DNA of 64,000 nt from Chloropicon primus. Lineage: Eukaryota. The notes beneath the pieces were generated by a model that made no database searches, had not been told where the DNA came from, and worked only from the letters and a program-made list of their open reading frames with translations. Positions 23,504 to 34,289 of this stretch are shown here, in pieces. The DNA is taken from the NCBI GenBank assembly GCA_023205875.1, contig CP060761.1:248001-312000 (forward strand). Reading direction: 5' to 3'. The position numbers and the translations under genes are program-made. The stretch's first letter is position 1; every line of letters begins with the position of its first letter.

Positions 23504-24919
23504 TCACTCCTCCTGTCCCTTCGGGTATCCTCCGAGGCATAGCCTGAGGTCAGTGCACAAGGAAAGAATGTTACTCTTGGGGTAATTCAGAGGGGAGAGC
23601 GGGTTGTGATTCTTGTATATGAAGATGGCTGCACACATCTCGGTGTCGTGGCTCACACCGTACAAGACGTCGTTCTCCGCGGGCCGAGTGTCCACCAAGC
23701 AGTTCACCCGCAAGTGGTCCCCGCGGAGCAGGGGCCTCTCCTGATCCCCCTGGGGAAGGAAGAAGAAGCTCTGGTCCGGGCCATCCGCTCGGTATTCGTC
23801 TTTCCTCCCGTACTCGCCAACCTTCTTGCCCCCTCGCATGTGGTCCACCCAGATCGACTTTGTCAGAAAGTGGCCGTGCAGGTGAACGGCAACGGGCTGT
23901 ATCTCGTTCCCAAAATCAGCGAAGTCGCCGGTCAGCGCCTCCCCGAGGTCGCTGCTTGGGACGGCGTAAGAGTGCTGAATGACCCTGCCTTTAGGATATT
24001 TCAAGCCATAGTCGTTGATCGCAAGGAGGCCGATGGGGTCCCTTTTCTCTTCCCTTCCCTCCCTCTTCACGCGGCGGAGAGTGATCTTGAATGCCGAGTT
24101 GTCCCACACGGGTGTGTACCTCTCCCGGTAGTGTTTCGGAGCGAGGTAATGAGATTGAACGACGATCTCCCGCGAGCCAGACGTCGACGGCCCGATCAAG
24201 AACCCCAGATCCTGCCCCAGGCTCAGACTTTCGCCGCCGCGATCGTAGACCAGTCCAAAAAAGCACGCCGGGTGGAGCTCCTTGATTGCCATCTCCAGGA
24301 ACTTCTTCAGCCTTCCTTCCACGTTCAGGGGCAGGCTGTTTTGGATGAAAGAGTCGTGGCTGCACGTGAAAGAGTCGTCGAGGTTGTACCTCCTTGTGGT
24401 CCTCACGCCCAACTCACAAAAGAACAGGTCCATGTGATGCACGACGTCGTAGCGAGACCCCGGACGGTTTGGGTCAGGAAACGTGTCGATCAAAGGTTCC
24501 ACAGAGGTGATCCAGTGGTCCTCTTGCAGGACGACGTCAGCGAGAAGACACTTGAAGCCAGCGTCGATTTCCCCCGTCATTGGTTGCTCGATGTCCAACA
24601 CCCCTCGCGTTCCGTTGATGACGAGCTCAGAGTCCCAAATCGGCTGGGGCGGGAACCGGAGCGTCAACGTGCAAGTCTCCGCCTCGTCCCCGCACCTCCC
24701 GTTCTCCCTGTCCCAGTTCTCTGCCTCCACGAGGGACCTCCCTGCTGTCCACTCCTCCCGGCTCTCAACCCCCGGCAAGTACAGCTCCCTGGTCTGCTCC
24801 TGAAAGAACTTCACCTCCGTTTGCGATACGCGCTCTCGCGTGAACGCGGCCAACTGAACCCAAATCGTGATAACGACCACCGCGGCCACGGTGAGACCCA
24901 GCAGCCTCCCCACAACCAT
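23504..24919 (-). CDS. Copper type II ascorbate-dependent monooxygenase (PHM/DBH/MOXD1-like) with an N-terminal membrane anchor
   Basis: CuH ligands VVHHMDLF and QSHY; CuM ligands HLHGH and EMC; hydrophobic N-terminus. Confidence 0.82.
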   Translation of the reverse strand: MVVGRLLGLTVAAVVVITIWVQLAAFTRERVSQTEVKFFQEQTRELYLPGVESREEWTAGRSLVEAENWDRENGRCGDEAETCTLTLRFPPQPIWDSELVINGTRGVLDIEQPMTGEIDAGFKCLLADVVLQEDHWITSVEPLIDTFPDPNRPGSRYDVVHHMDLFFCELGVRTTRRYNLDDSFTCSHDSFIQNSLPLNVEGRLKKFLEMAIKELHPACFFGLVYDRGGESLSLGQDLGFLIGPSTSGSREIVVQSHYLAPKHYRERYTPVWDNSAFKITLRRVKREGREEKRDPIGLLAINDYGLKYPKGRVIQHSYAVPSSDLGEALTGDFADFGNEIQPVAVHLHGHFLTKSIWVDHMRGGKKVGEYGRKDEYRADGPDQSFFFLPQGDQERPLLRGDHLRVNCLVDTRPAENDVLYGVSHDTEMCAAIFIYKNHNPLSPLNYPKSNILSLCTDLRLCLGGYPKGQEE

Positions 24920-24981
24920 CCCCTCCTCCCTCGGCCTCGAAACCCGTCCGTTACGTTTTCGGTTTTTCGGTTACGCTTCTC

Positions 24982-25025
<44 letters not shown>

Positions 25026-25113
25026 CAAACCGAACCAAAGGTATCGACGGAAAGGTCTCGAGAAGCGCTTTCGTATGGCTTCGTCCACCTTCGAAGCCTC
25101 TCCCCTCCCTTCA

Positions 25114-25150
<37 letters not shown>

Positions 25151-25600
25151 CTCGTCTGTTACGACTGGCGTTCAAAAAAACTCGACTCTCTCTCCGAGCT
25201 GGAAGCGCCCTGGCGTCCAAGGAAGGGGAAGGAACGGAGTTAGGGACGACGAGGAGGTTCCGAGGGAGAGGGAGAGGGAGAGGGAGAAGGAGAGGGTTAC
25301 GCATCGAAACTTTGTCTCACGAGCTTTCGTTTCGTCACGCATCGACTGGATTTGTCGTACGCATCGGGTCGGAGAACTCAAACTCCTCTTGTGGATAAGG
25401 TAAGATGATGTTGTCGTTGATGATGGATGGATAAGATGGCCAAGGCGGTTGTGGGGAGGGAGGAGGAGTAGACAGGGGAAGCATCAACCGCGTTCTCGTC
25501 TTTCCATTGTCGAGCACCACCGCGCTTCAAAGAATTGGTTCCCGAATGGAGCCTCGGAGCTGAAATCAAATCTCGTTTTTATTTGCTCCGGTGCAGGGAG

Positions 25601-26554
25601 ATGGCAGCAAAGTCTTGGCGTGTTGGGAATGGGAGGGCGAGGGAGGTGGAGTCCGAGCGATGTGTGGGCGTCAAGGTGCAGAGAGGTCGCGAGCTGCGGG
25701 CTGCGAGGCCAGGGAGCGAAGCGAGAGCGGACTGGAAAGGGAAGACCGGCCTCCTCCTCCTCGATGGCACGTGGTCGTCGTGTGACAGGAGGGCTGCACT
25801 ACTACTGGGGTTGCTGACCACGTCTGGGGTGGGCCTGCTTGGCGGCAAGGGGCCAGCCTTCGCCGAGGACCAAATGGGTGGCGGTGTTGCGTCACTGCAA
25901 CCAGAGGCGGCGAGCTCCGCCTCGCCTCCACCACCTCCCCAAGTCACCGTGGAAGAGATAGTGGACGTCCAACCGGACTCGGGCGCCGACAAGACCGAAG
26001 AAGACTCAACCATCTTGCTCGCTTCCTCCGAGGAAGGAAGCCTGGATGACAAGGACCTCAAGGCCCTGCAGTTGAACCGGCAGATCCTCGAGAGGAACCG
26101 AGCGCCCAAAGGCTTTCCAGAGTTCGTGAGGAGGGGGTACGACATGATCGTGTTTGCCGACGGTTACACGCAGCTGGAGAACGGCCTGATCTACAAGGAG
26201 TTCGAGTCGGGCGATCCCGAGGGGAGGAAGGGAAAGGACGGGGACGAAGTGACTTTTCACTACACCGGGTACAACGAGGAGGGAGGGTTCATCGACAGCT
26301 CGTACAAGCAGAAGAGGCCGGCCCAGATCAGGCTCGGCATCGGGGGCATGATTCCAGGGTTTGAGCTCGCAGTGAAGGACATGGTCCCGGGAAGCAGGAG
26401 GAGGGTGATCATTCCCCCTGCCCTGGGACCCCCGGTGGGACCAGCCACGTTCTTCAGCGCAAAGCAGTACGAGGTCTTCGACATCCAGCTTCTGGGAATA
26501 AAGTCGTGCACGAGGCGAGGCTTTGGCATCGTGTCCACCGTGAAATGCGAGTGA
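25601..26554 (+). CDS. FKBP20-2: Thylakoid lumen FKBP-type peptidyl-prolyl isomerase (FKBP20-2-like)
   Basis: Tat signal DRRAALL...AFA. VTFHYTGYNEEGGFIDSSY and IIPPALGPPVGPATFFSAKQYEVFD. Confidence 0.85.
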   Translation: MAAKSWRVGNGRAREVESERCVGVKVQRGRELRAARPGSEARADWKGKTGLLLLDGTWSSCDRRAALLLGLLTTSGVGLLGGKGPAFAEDQMGGGVASLQPEAASSASPPPPPQVTVEEIVDVQPDSGADKTEEDSTILLASSEEGSLDDKDLKALQLNRQILERNRAPKGFPEFVRRGYDMIVFADGYTQLENGLIYKEFESGDPEGRKGKDGDEVTFHYTGYNEEGGFIDSSYKQKRPAQIRLGIGGMIPGFELAVKDMVPGSRRRVIIPPALGPPVGPATFFSAKQYEVFDIQLLGIKSCTRRGFGIVSTVKCE

Positions 26555-26632
26555 GAGAGCGAGAGACAAAGAAAGGCGATAAAAAAGTTCCATAGTGTTA
26601 CAAGACCCCCTTAACTGGCAGCGTTTGCTTCC

Positions 26633-28078
26633 TTAGTCCGAGTCCGAGTGCTTCGACTTCTTCTTCTTCTTCTTCTTCTTCTTTTCAGACTTCTTCTCGT
26701 CGCTATCCGAGTCAGAGTGCTCTCTCTTCTTCTTCTTCTTCTTCTTCTTCTTCTCGGTGCTTCCGGCCTCGGGAGTCTTCGGCTCGTCCGTGTCCATCTT
26801 GGAGGATGGCGTCTTGGGCTCCTCGCTCGCGGCGGCCGCGGCGGCCACGTCGCTGGAAACGGCCTTCAGGTACTCCGCTGGCGTGGAGGCGTTGGGCCTG
26901 CCGTACTTGTCAAGCTTGCCGTCTGCGATGAGCTTCTTCTTCATCTGAGCCTTTGGGCCCAGGCCCCACCTCCTCGGGTAGGTGTCCCTCTCCATGATCA
27001 CTCTCTTAATCTTCGCGACGACGCCGTGGTCGCAAGTCGCCATGACGGCGGTAGTCATCTGAGCAATGCCGACAGCGATGGCCTCCCCCTTCGTGGTGAT
27101 GAGAACGACCTCGTCGTCCACGTCGATGCCGTTCTCGTACCTGAGCAAGCCAGGAATCATCAGCTTGGCTCCGTAGCAGATCGCGTTGACCGCAGAGTCC
27201 TTCACCACCACTCTCTTGAAGTTGGTGAGGAGCACCTCCAGCGGCATGATGGTTCTCCTCAAGTACGTCTCGTCCTTGAAGTTGTCGTACATCCACATGG
27301 CGTCCAAGATGTCGTGCATGGTCACCATGTTGTCCTCCTCTCCCATAATACCGCTCCTCACCCTCCTGAGCTCCTGCATGTGTCCGCCGACTCCAAGGAG
27401 AAGACCCATGTGAACGCAGAGCGTCCTCACGTAGGTTCCAGCCTCGCAGGAGATCCAGAACAAGACCAGGTTGCGCTCCTCGTCGTACTCGATCAGCTTG
27501 CTTTGGTAGATCGTCCTGATACGAAGCTGCCTCTTCACAGCAGAAATAAGTGGAGGCCTCTGGAACAAGGCACCGGTCAGGGTCTCCAACGCCTTGGCCA
27601 CCTTCGCCTTTCCGCCCTCCACCTTGTTGTGGAGCTTCGCCACGCAGACGTACTCCTTACCCGCTCCTTGCTGCGACTTGACCAACCTCGTTGCCCTGTC
27701 AATGCACACGATCAGGTTACCCGTCACCTTAGGGTCCAAGGTACCACTGTGGCCCGTCTTCTCCACCCTCAGCATGCGCTTCAACCAAGCCACCACCTCG
27801 TGCGACGACGGATTCGCCGGCTTGTCCAAGTTCATCACTCCGTAACGGATGTGCTCCTGCAACGGGCGCTTCAATGGACTGTTCCCGCATGGTATTGGCG
27901 TGTAGTGTCCCGTCCTGACGTTCAGCTTGTCATAGTTCTTCAACAGCAGCGGCCACTTGCTCGTGTCCAACGTCGGCGTCACGCTCTCCGGCTTGATGGA
28001 GAAGTCTCCTGCCTGCTGGGCACTCCCGAGATCAGTACCCTTCTCTCCCTTCTTGGGCGTCTTGTCCTTCTTTCCCAT
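26633..28078 (-). CDS. CBF5: H/ACA pseudouridine synthase dyskerin
   Basis: [30 protein letters not shown] domain and Lys-rich tail. Confidence 0.98.
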   Translation of the reverse strand: MGKKDKTPKKGEKGTDLGSAQQAGDFSIKPESVTPTLDTSKWPLLLKNYDKLNVRTGHYTPIPCGNSPLKRPLQEHIRYGVMNLDKPANPSSHEVVAWLKRMLRVEKTGHSGTLDPKVTGNLIVCIDRATRLVKSQQGAGKEYVCVAKLHNKVEGGKAKVAKALETLTGALFQRPPLISAVKRQLRIRTIYQSKLIEYDEERNLVLFWISCEAGTYVRTLCVHMGLLLGVGGHMQELRRVRSGIMGEEDNMVTMHDILDAMWMYDNFKDETYLRRTIMPLEVLLTNFKRVVVKDSAVNAICYGAKLMIPGLLRYENGIDVDDEVVLITTKGEAIAVGIAQMTTAVMATCDHGVVAKIKRVIMERDTYPRRWGLGPKAQMKKKLIADGKLDKYGRPNASTPAEYLKAVSSDVAAAAAASEEPKTPSSKMDTDEPKTPEAGSTEKKKKKKKKKREHSDSDSDEKKSEKKKKKKKKKSKHSDSD

Positions 28079-28788
28079 CCTTCCTTCTCTCTCTTCTCCA
28101 TCCCCAAGAGCAAGAGCAAAAGCAAGAGCAAAAAAACAAAAAACAAAATCAGTCTCGAATGCCTTTCCCGTCCTCCATTCCTCTCAAGGGAAGGCTCTAC
28201 CGAAAGATCTCGAGACAAAGAATCCAACAGTGACCCCGAACCCTCGAGAAACCGACCGAAAAGGCATGAAAACCATCGCCCAACTCACCTCTTTTGCCCC
28301 TCTCCGCGCTCGACCCACTGGGGTTCTCTTCTGGCGGCGGAATTCGGGAAGCGCAAAAACGAGTGCCCCGCTTTCACACCCTAAAATAGATCCACGGAGA
28401 GGACGAGAGCCACCGTGGAAGGGGCGCGGAGACTTGGATCGATTAGACGAGGAACGACGATCGGAGAGGGGTGGAGAGGGGTATCAGGCGATAGGTCTTC
28501 TCAAGATCTTTCGATTGGTACCAAGATTGACGGGTTTGGTTCTTTCTCGAACTTGGAGAGCGGAGAGACTTCGATCGATCGATTAGATCGATCAGATTGG
28601 AGCGAGGAGGAGCAAAGGGAGCGAGGAGGGGCGGCCAGGCGGCAGGGGTTTCGAGGGGTACCTCGCTGGAGGGGATGTGGTGAATTCGGGTTCGAGGGGG
28701 ACTGTTTTTCGGGTGGGCGTGTGTGACGGCAAACTTCTGCGGACTCCTCGGGGGGCAATCCCATCCAATCCTTCTCTCTCCCGAAGGC

Positions 28789-30696
28789 ATGGGGAGGAAG
28801 AAGAAGAGGAACACGAGGCATGACGACGGGGCGGGGTCGAGCTTGGGATCCCGTCGGCCCTGTGGCATCGTCGAGGGTTTGGGGGGGCCAGGGTGCGCGC
28901 CCCCCTGCTGGCTGGAAGCGAGGGAGGTTCAGGCGCTGTCTCACGTTCTCAGGGAGGTCGGGAAGGTCAGCCCTCCGGAGGACCCTCTGTGGAGGTCCCC
29001 GGCGCTAAAGCCCCTGAGGAAGGCCCTGTGGCCCCTGGTCGGTGGGGTTGTCCGGGTCTACAGGGCGAGGGGCGGGGTCGCAAGCAAGAGGGAGAGGCAG
29101 AGGCAGAAGAAGAGAAAGCTTGACAGCGCGTCGCAGCTTGCGTTGCTGCACGAGGCGGACGTCGCCCTGTCGAGGGGAAACGGCGAGAGGGGATCCGCTG
29201 GGGAGGCGGACCGGGCCGGGGGGGATTCCGCTGGGGAGGCGGACCGGGCCGTCTCCGCCCTGGTCGGGTCCAGGGTCTACCAAGTCGCTCTGGGCGTGCT
29301 GGGCAAAATGAGGGAGCGGGGGGGGGAGGGCGAGAGCGTGGATTACGTTCTGGTCAAGAGCCTCAAGGGCCTGAGGATAGCCTTGCACCCGTTCGTCGAG
29401 GCCTTCATCGACGAGGAGAACAGCAGCTGGACTGCCAGGGCGTCAAACGCTCTTCTTGACGGGAGGATGGGTGACGCCTATGTGGCGCTGAAGGCGATCA
29501 AAGCGGCCGGGAAGGTTCCCAAGCTCGGGGCGGTGCAGAGGTGGGTCCGGGACTGCATGAATGAGGACGATTTCGCGGCGCTGAGGTCGAAGGAGTCGGT
29601 GAAAACGTTGGACGCCATCATTAGGTTGCAGGCCGTGCGGTGGTGGTGGCAGGACGAGGCGGGAGACGCGGGGAGGAGGGCGGCGGGGGGCGGCTCAGGC
29701 GACGCGCTGATCCAGTGGCACGAGCCATTCGCCGCCAGCGAGCGGAAGATGCCCGTTCCCACGGACCCGTCGGAGATTGCTTGGCAAAACTGCGGGGACG
29801 ACGGGGACGGGGAAGCCCCCTCCGCCTCCGCCCCGTCCTACACCGGCAGATTCGGAACGAGGGGGAGGGAGGCGAGGTGCGGGGAGCTCTCGCCCCGGTT
29901 CCCCCCGAGCTCTTACAGTGTGGTGTACGAGGAGAAGGCCGCGGAGAGGGTCCCCCCCAACAGGTACGACCTGAGGATCTACAAGCTGCCGAGGGACGCC
30001 GTGCGTTTTGAGGACAGCGCGGACGGCACGCAGAAGAGGGTCGAGGTGCCGAACTTGCCCGGCGCCTTTGTTCTCGTGGACGTGCTGACGAGTGGGGAGT
30101 GCGACCAGATCATCGCGGCGGCCGAAAGCTCGCCGCACGGGTACATTCCGGACGAGTCGGCGACGTCGGCCCCAGCGCCCAAGGGCTTTGCCCCTCGGGC
30201 GACGAACTTTGTTTGGCTCTCGGATGAGATTACGGACCGAATCTTCAAGCGCGTGGGGCCCCTCCTGCCGCAGGCCATGGGAAAGGGAGGCCAGCACGAG
30301 CTCAGAGGCATCAACAGCAGACTCAGGCTGTACAGGTACAGCCCCGGGGCGATCTACAGGCCCCACGTCGACGGCGCTTGGCCGGGCAGTGGCTCGAGGA
30401 CCTGCAAGGACGACGAGGGGAACGACAGGGAGGTCTACTGCTACGACTTTTTCAAGGATCGCTGGAGCAGGCTCACCTTCCTGGTGTACCTCAACGAGGA
30501 ATTTGAGGGCGGGTGCACCACGTTTTACACCCCGGCTCCCGAGGAGGGCCGCCTGGAGGCCTACAGCGTGAGTCCCAGGACCGGCAGCGTCCTCGTTTTC
30601 CCGCACGGGGGAGACAGCGGGAGCCTGGTCCACGAGGGGAGCAACGTGACCAGGGGCGCCAAGTACGTCATTCGGACGGATGTCTTGTACTCTTAG
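28789..30696 (+). CDS. 2OG-Fe(II) dioxygenase (prolyl 4-hydroxylase-like C-terminal domain)
   Basis: RLRLYRY, HVD (HxD), LTFLVYLNEEFEGGCT, LVHEG, KYVIRTDV. Internal SAGEADRA duplication. Confidence 0.85.
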   Translation: MGRKKKRNTRHDDGAGSSLGSRRPCGIVEGLGGPGCAPPCWLEAREVQALSHVLREVGKVSPPEDPLWRSPALKPLRKALWPLVGGVVRVYRARGGVASKRERQRQKKRKLDSASQLALLHEADVALSRGNGERGSAGEADRAGGDSAGEADRAVSALVGSRVYQVALGVLGKMRERGGEGESVDYVLVKSLKGLRIALHPFVEAFIDEENSSWTARASNALLDGRMGDAYVALKAIKAAGKVPKLGAVQRWVRDCMNEDDFAALRSKESVKTLDAIIRLQAVRWWWQDEAGDAGRRAAGGGSGDALIQWHEPFAASERKMPVPTDPSEIAWQNCGDDGDGEAPSASAPSYTGRFGTRGREARCGELSPRFPPSSYSVVYEEKAAERVPPNRYDLRIYKLPRDAVRFEDSADGTQKRVEVPNLPGAFVLVDVLTSGECDQIIAAAESSPHGYIPDESATSAPAPKGFAPRATNFVWLSDEITDRIFKRVGPLLPQAMGKGGQHELRGINSRLRLYRYSPGAIYRPHVDGAWPGSGSRTCKDDEGNDREVYCYDFFKDRWSRLTFLVYLNEEFEGGCTTFYTPAPEEGRLEAYSVSPRTGSVLVFPHGGDSGSLVHEGSNVTRGAKYVIRTDVLYS

Positions 30697-31218
30697 CACC
30701 GCCACAAAATGGGGAAGGGAGGAGGGAGTCGATCTATTCTATTATTGTTGTATATATTGATAAAAGGAATACAGAAAAGATATCATCATCATCATCATCA
30801 TCAATCCAAGCCAAGGTCGGGTCGGGTCCACGCTCTGTCCACGTGGCCCTTGGACTGGCAAGAGCGATCTTGCCTCTCCTGGCGAAACCCAAGGAATGAT
30901 TGTTGGCTTCCTCCCTCTCCCTCTCCTTCCCTGCAAGCTCGTTGGGTTTGCAGCATCATGAATCCAAAAAATCGAGAGCTTTGGCTTGACGGCGCGAAGC
31001 TTCGCTTGTGTTGCCTGTGACCACACCTCGGCGAACGAGAGAGGGAGAGCGGCGACCGAGAGCGGCAACCGTCTCGAGAGCAGCAAACGTCTCGAGAGCT
31101 GAGCTCCATTCCGTCGCCTGTTGAGGCCGAAGCGAAGCAACGGCGCTAGCATTGGCATTGCATTGGAGAAGGAGCGAGCGAGCGAGAGAGAGAGAGAGGA
31201 GAAGGTTGGTGGGACGCG

Positions 31219-31870
31219 ATGCTGCGGAGTGGGGTTCTTGGATGCGTGGCGAGGCTGAGCAGTGCGTGCTCGTGCAGCCCGAGGAGTCTCCTCCCTTTTG
31301 CGGCGGCGTTGGGAACGAAAGGTGCCTCCTCCACGAGCAACAACGTGGTGGTGGGGTCCACCAGGAGGGCCTCGCCCTATACGACGGCCTCGCCGTCCGA
31401 GCGACCGCGTAAGTCTTCTTCTTCTTCTTCTTCTTCTTCCTCCTCCTCCTCCGACGCTGACACGAATCCATTTTGCTTGCAGAGCCCACGAGGGAGCTGA
31501 TTGATATCATCAGGGAGAACAGCAACATCACCACGGCGAAGCTGTGGAAGGAGGTTCAGGTGAGTGGTGACTGGGCGGGTGACGAGAAGACATCGATGTC
31601 GAGCTGAACTGACCCGCCCACCCCTTTTGTTGGCATTGTTTCTTGTTCTCGAATTCCCGCAAATCTCTCTGTTCCCAGGACCGCCACGAGACTTCCGAGA
31701 GCGCCAGGGCGATCCCGAACAAGAGGCAGATGAAGGTCCTGCTCAAGTTCATGAAGAAGACCTTCAAGGTGAAAGCCTCCAAGGGAAAGACCAAGTCGTA
31801 CCTGTACAGGCTCCACCCCCTGCTGCTGAAGAAGGAGCAGAGGATGGTGCAGCAGCAGCAGCAGGAGTGA
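31219..31870 (+). CDS. Small mitochondrion-targeted basic protein, mL80-like mitoribosomal protein (exons 31219-31408, 31483-31559, 31679-31870)
   Basis: Two clean GT-AG introns give ...QPTRELIDIIRENSNITTAKLWKEVQDRHE...NKRQMKVLLKFMKK. Resemblance to plant mL80 is from memory. Confidence 0.6.
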
Positions 31871-32219
31871 CCAGGAACAGCGAGGAGAGATGGGCTCGAG
31901 AGTGCACGCGTGTGTGTGTGCGTGTGAATGGGGAGCGCGCGCTCAAAAAGAAGAAGAAGAAGAAGAACGTAAAGATTTATTTCCTTAACGACATGTTCTC
32001 CCCCTTGTTCGTTCTATTTTTTTTACAATTGTGTGTGTGTGTGTCAAGCGCAACAAAAAAAAGAAAGCGGACAAGCAAAGGATCGTCGCAAAAACGTCCA
32101 CGGCGTGCGGGGGGAGGGTGCAAGGACCGTTGTCGTCCATGATCCCCCCCCCTGCGCGCGCGGGACCGTCGTGCTCGCTCGCTTGCTTGCTCGTGTTCGG
32201 GTCAGGGGGGGTCGCCCCT

Positions 32220-32680
32220 CTAGCACCCGCTCCAGCCGTCGGGCAGCCCACCGTTCTGGACGGCGTATCTGTACCCGGTCTCGAGTCCCAGCCCAAAGAT
32301 GCTGTTGAGCAGCGAGGAGAAACCTGGAGAAAGGAAGAAAGAAAGTGTTGTCGTGGTCAGGGAAAGAGTCGAGCCGAGCCGAGCCAAGAAGAAGACCTTG
32401 TCGTCGTCGTCGTCGTTGTTGTTTTGAGAAGAAGAAGAAGAAGAAGATGATGATGATGATGACGGCACTTACCTCCCGAGGACCTTTCCTCGAAAAAGTC
32501 GATGGCTCCGCTCGACGTTCCGTCCGCGCAGAAAAAGTCGCTCAGGATGCCGCTGGCTTGACCCACTCCCGCGGCGCCCAAAGCCGCCCCAACGTCCTGG
32601 GCCTTCGCAACACGACCCAACAAGGCACACACCACAACCACCACCACCGCAACAAACATCGTCATCTTCGTCTTCATCAT
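32220..32680 (-). CDS. Small secreted hypothetical protein, 103 aa (exons 32680-32473 and 32323-32220)
   Basis: Signal-peptide-like FVAVVVVVVCALLGRVAKA-Q. A GTAAGT..CCAG intron joins in frame to GFSSLLNSIFG...GWSGC*. Confidence 0.65.
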
Positions 32681-33187
32681 CACCTCTCTCTCTCTCTCTC
32701 TCTTGTCGTCGTCGTCGTCGTCGTCGCCGTCGTCACTGCCGTTATCGTACCCCCTCCGCCGTAACCGCCAAGGAGAGCGTTACCAGAACACCACAACCCC
32801 GATCAAGGTTTGAGCCATTTAAGGTTGTTCTTCAGGAAAAGTGACGAAACCGATTTTGAGGTACTTGGGAAAATGGAGTCGGAGTAACGTAATGAGAAGA
32901 ATAGTTGAGGAACAATTCGGGTGGAGACGTTCGCGTCGAGATGAGGACGTCCTCGTCCCTTGTTTGCTCCTTGAACCAAGGGGTGACGAGTTCGGTTCCG
33001 TGGACGATCGCGGCGACGGTGATCACAGAAACCCTTGACGTCCTGCCGCCGAACCACACGAGCTTTTTCTTTTCTTTCTTTTTTTGGTTTTTCACCGAAC
33101 GAACGAACGTAACGGTTACGTCGCGGCGCCACCACCGAGCAAGGCCGTCGCAGCAGCAGAAGGTTCACTTGTGTTTTTGATTTGAGG

Positions 33188-33610
33188 ATGACTGCCACGA
33201 ACAACAATGTGCAGAGGAGGGGAAAGGCGCTCGCCGTGGCGGTGCTCGCCTGCCTCGTGGGGACGGCCCAGTGCGGGAGGACCCTGCAGGACTACGTGCG
33301 GGCCGTGGACGGGCCCGCGGCGGTGCCCTTCACCTCGTGGCCTGCCACCCCGCCCCTGACCCTGGCGCAGCTGTGGGCCCTGGAGGCGGACGAGTTTGTG
33401 GACGATCTTCCGGACTCGTTCACCCAGCAGTTCGAGGACGCCTTCCTGGACGACGAGGACGGCCTGATCTTCGGGGACGACGGCCTCATCAACCCGGAGC
33501 TCGGGCCCATCGACCTGTCGGACTTCTCCAGCACGATCCTGGGCGCCCTCACCGGGCTTGGCGGGCAGATCACGGACGCCTTCAACTTCTTCGGCGTGGG
33601 AGGAAAGTGA
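33188..33610 (+). CDS. Small secreted acidic hypothetical protein
   Basis: Signal-like ALAVAVLACLVGTAQC followed by GRTLQ. Strong GC3 bias and Asp-rich body. Confidence 0.7.
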   Translation: MTATNNNVQRRGKALAVAVLACLVGTAQCGRTLQDYVRAVDGPAAVPFTSWPATPPLTLAQLWALEADEFVDDLPDSFTQQFEDAFLDDEDGLIFGDDGLINPELGPIDLSDFSSTILGALTGLGGQITDAFNFFGVGGK

Positions 33611-34289
33611 GCGAAGTTTCCGCGGTCTTTCCGCGCGCCACCTCTCTCTTCTTCTTTTTTTTCCCTTTTATAATCTACCAATCAGCAACCAGAACAACAC
33701 AACGAGTCCCTCCGACGTGCCGGTCCCGGTGCCGTCGCAAGGTGGCGCACCCTCACTCGCGGGAGGTGCAACACGGGGAGGACGAGGCATTGCATTGCAT
33801 TGCATCGCTCCCCTCCGCAATGCCCCCCCTCTCTCTCTCCTGTTGGAAAATGGAAAAAACTCTTCTCCTCTCAAAGCAGTCGGTCGTCTTAAACCGTCCA
33901 GAGAAAGAGAGAAAGAGAGAGAGAGAGAGAAGTGGCACATTGCGGAGGGAACCACCCCTCCCATCGAGCCACAGCACCCTTCCCTTCCGCATCCCTCTCT
34001 CTCTCTCTCTCTCTCCGGTCGGTCTCCACCTCGTTGTTTTGGAAGAATCGCATCCCCATCCTTCCACGGCAATTTCGATGAGGCAGAATTCCCCAAAGCG
34101 TGTGGGCGGGAGTTTGTTTGCCGCCGTCAATCGTAACGGCTCGGCTCGGCTGCTGCTCGAAGACCCGGTCGACCCAATTGCGACGGCAGGTCGAAGACAG
34201 CAACGAGGACTCTCTCTCTCTGCTCACTCTCTGCTCACTCTCTGCTCACCCTCGTGGCGTGGTGCCAAGGGTAGGTAGGATCGAACACG

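Noticed and set aside
28378..28386. Telo-box-like ACCCTAAAA upstream of CBF5
   Set aside because: A single short match that could easily be chance; not supportable without genome-wide enrichment.
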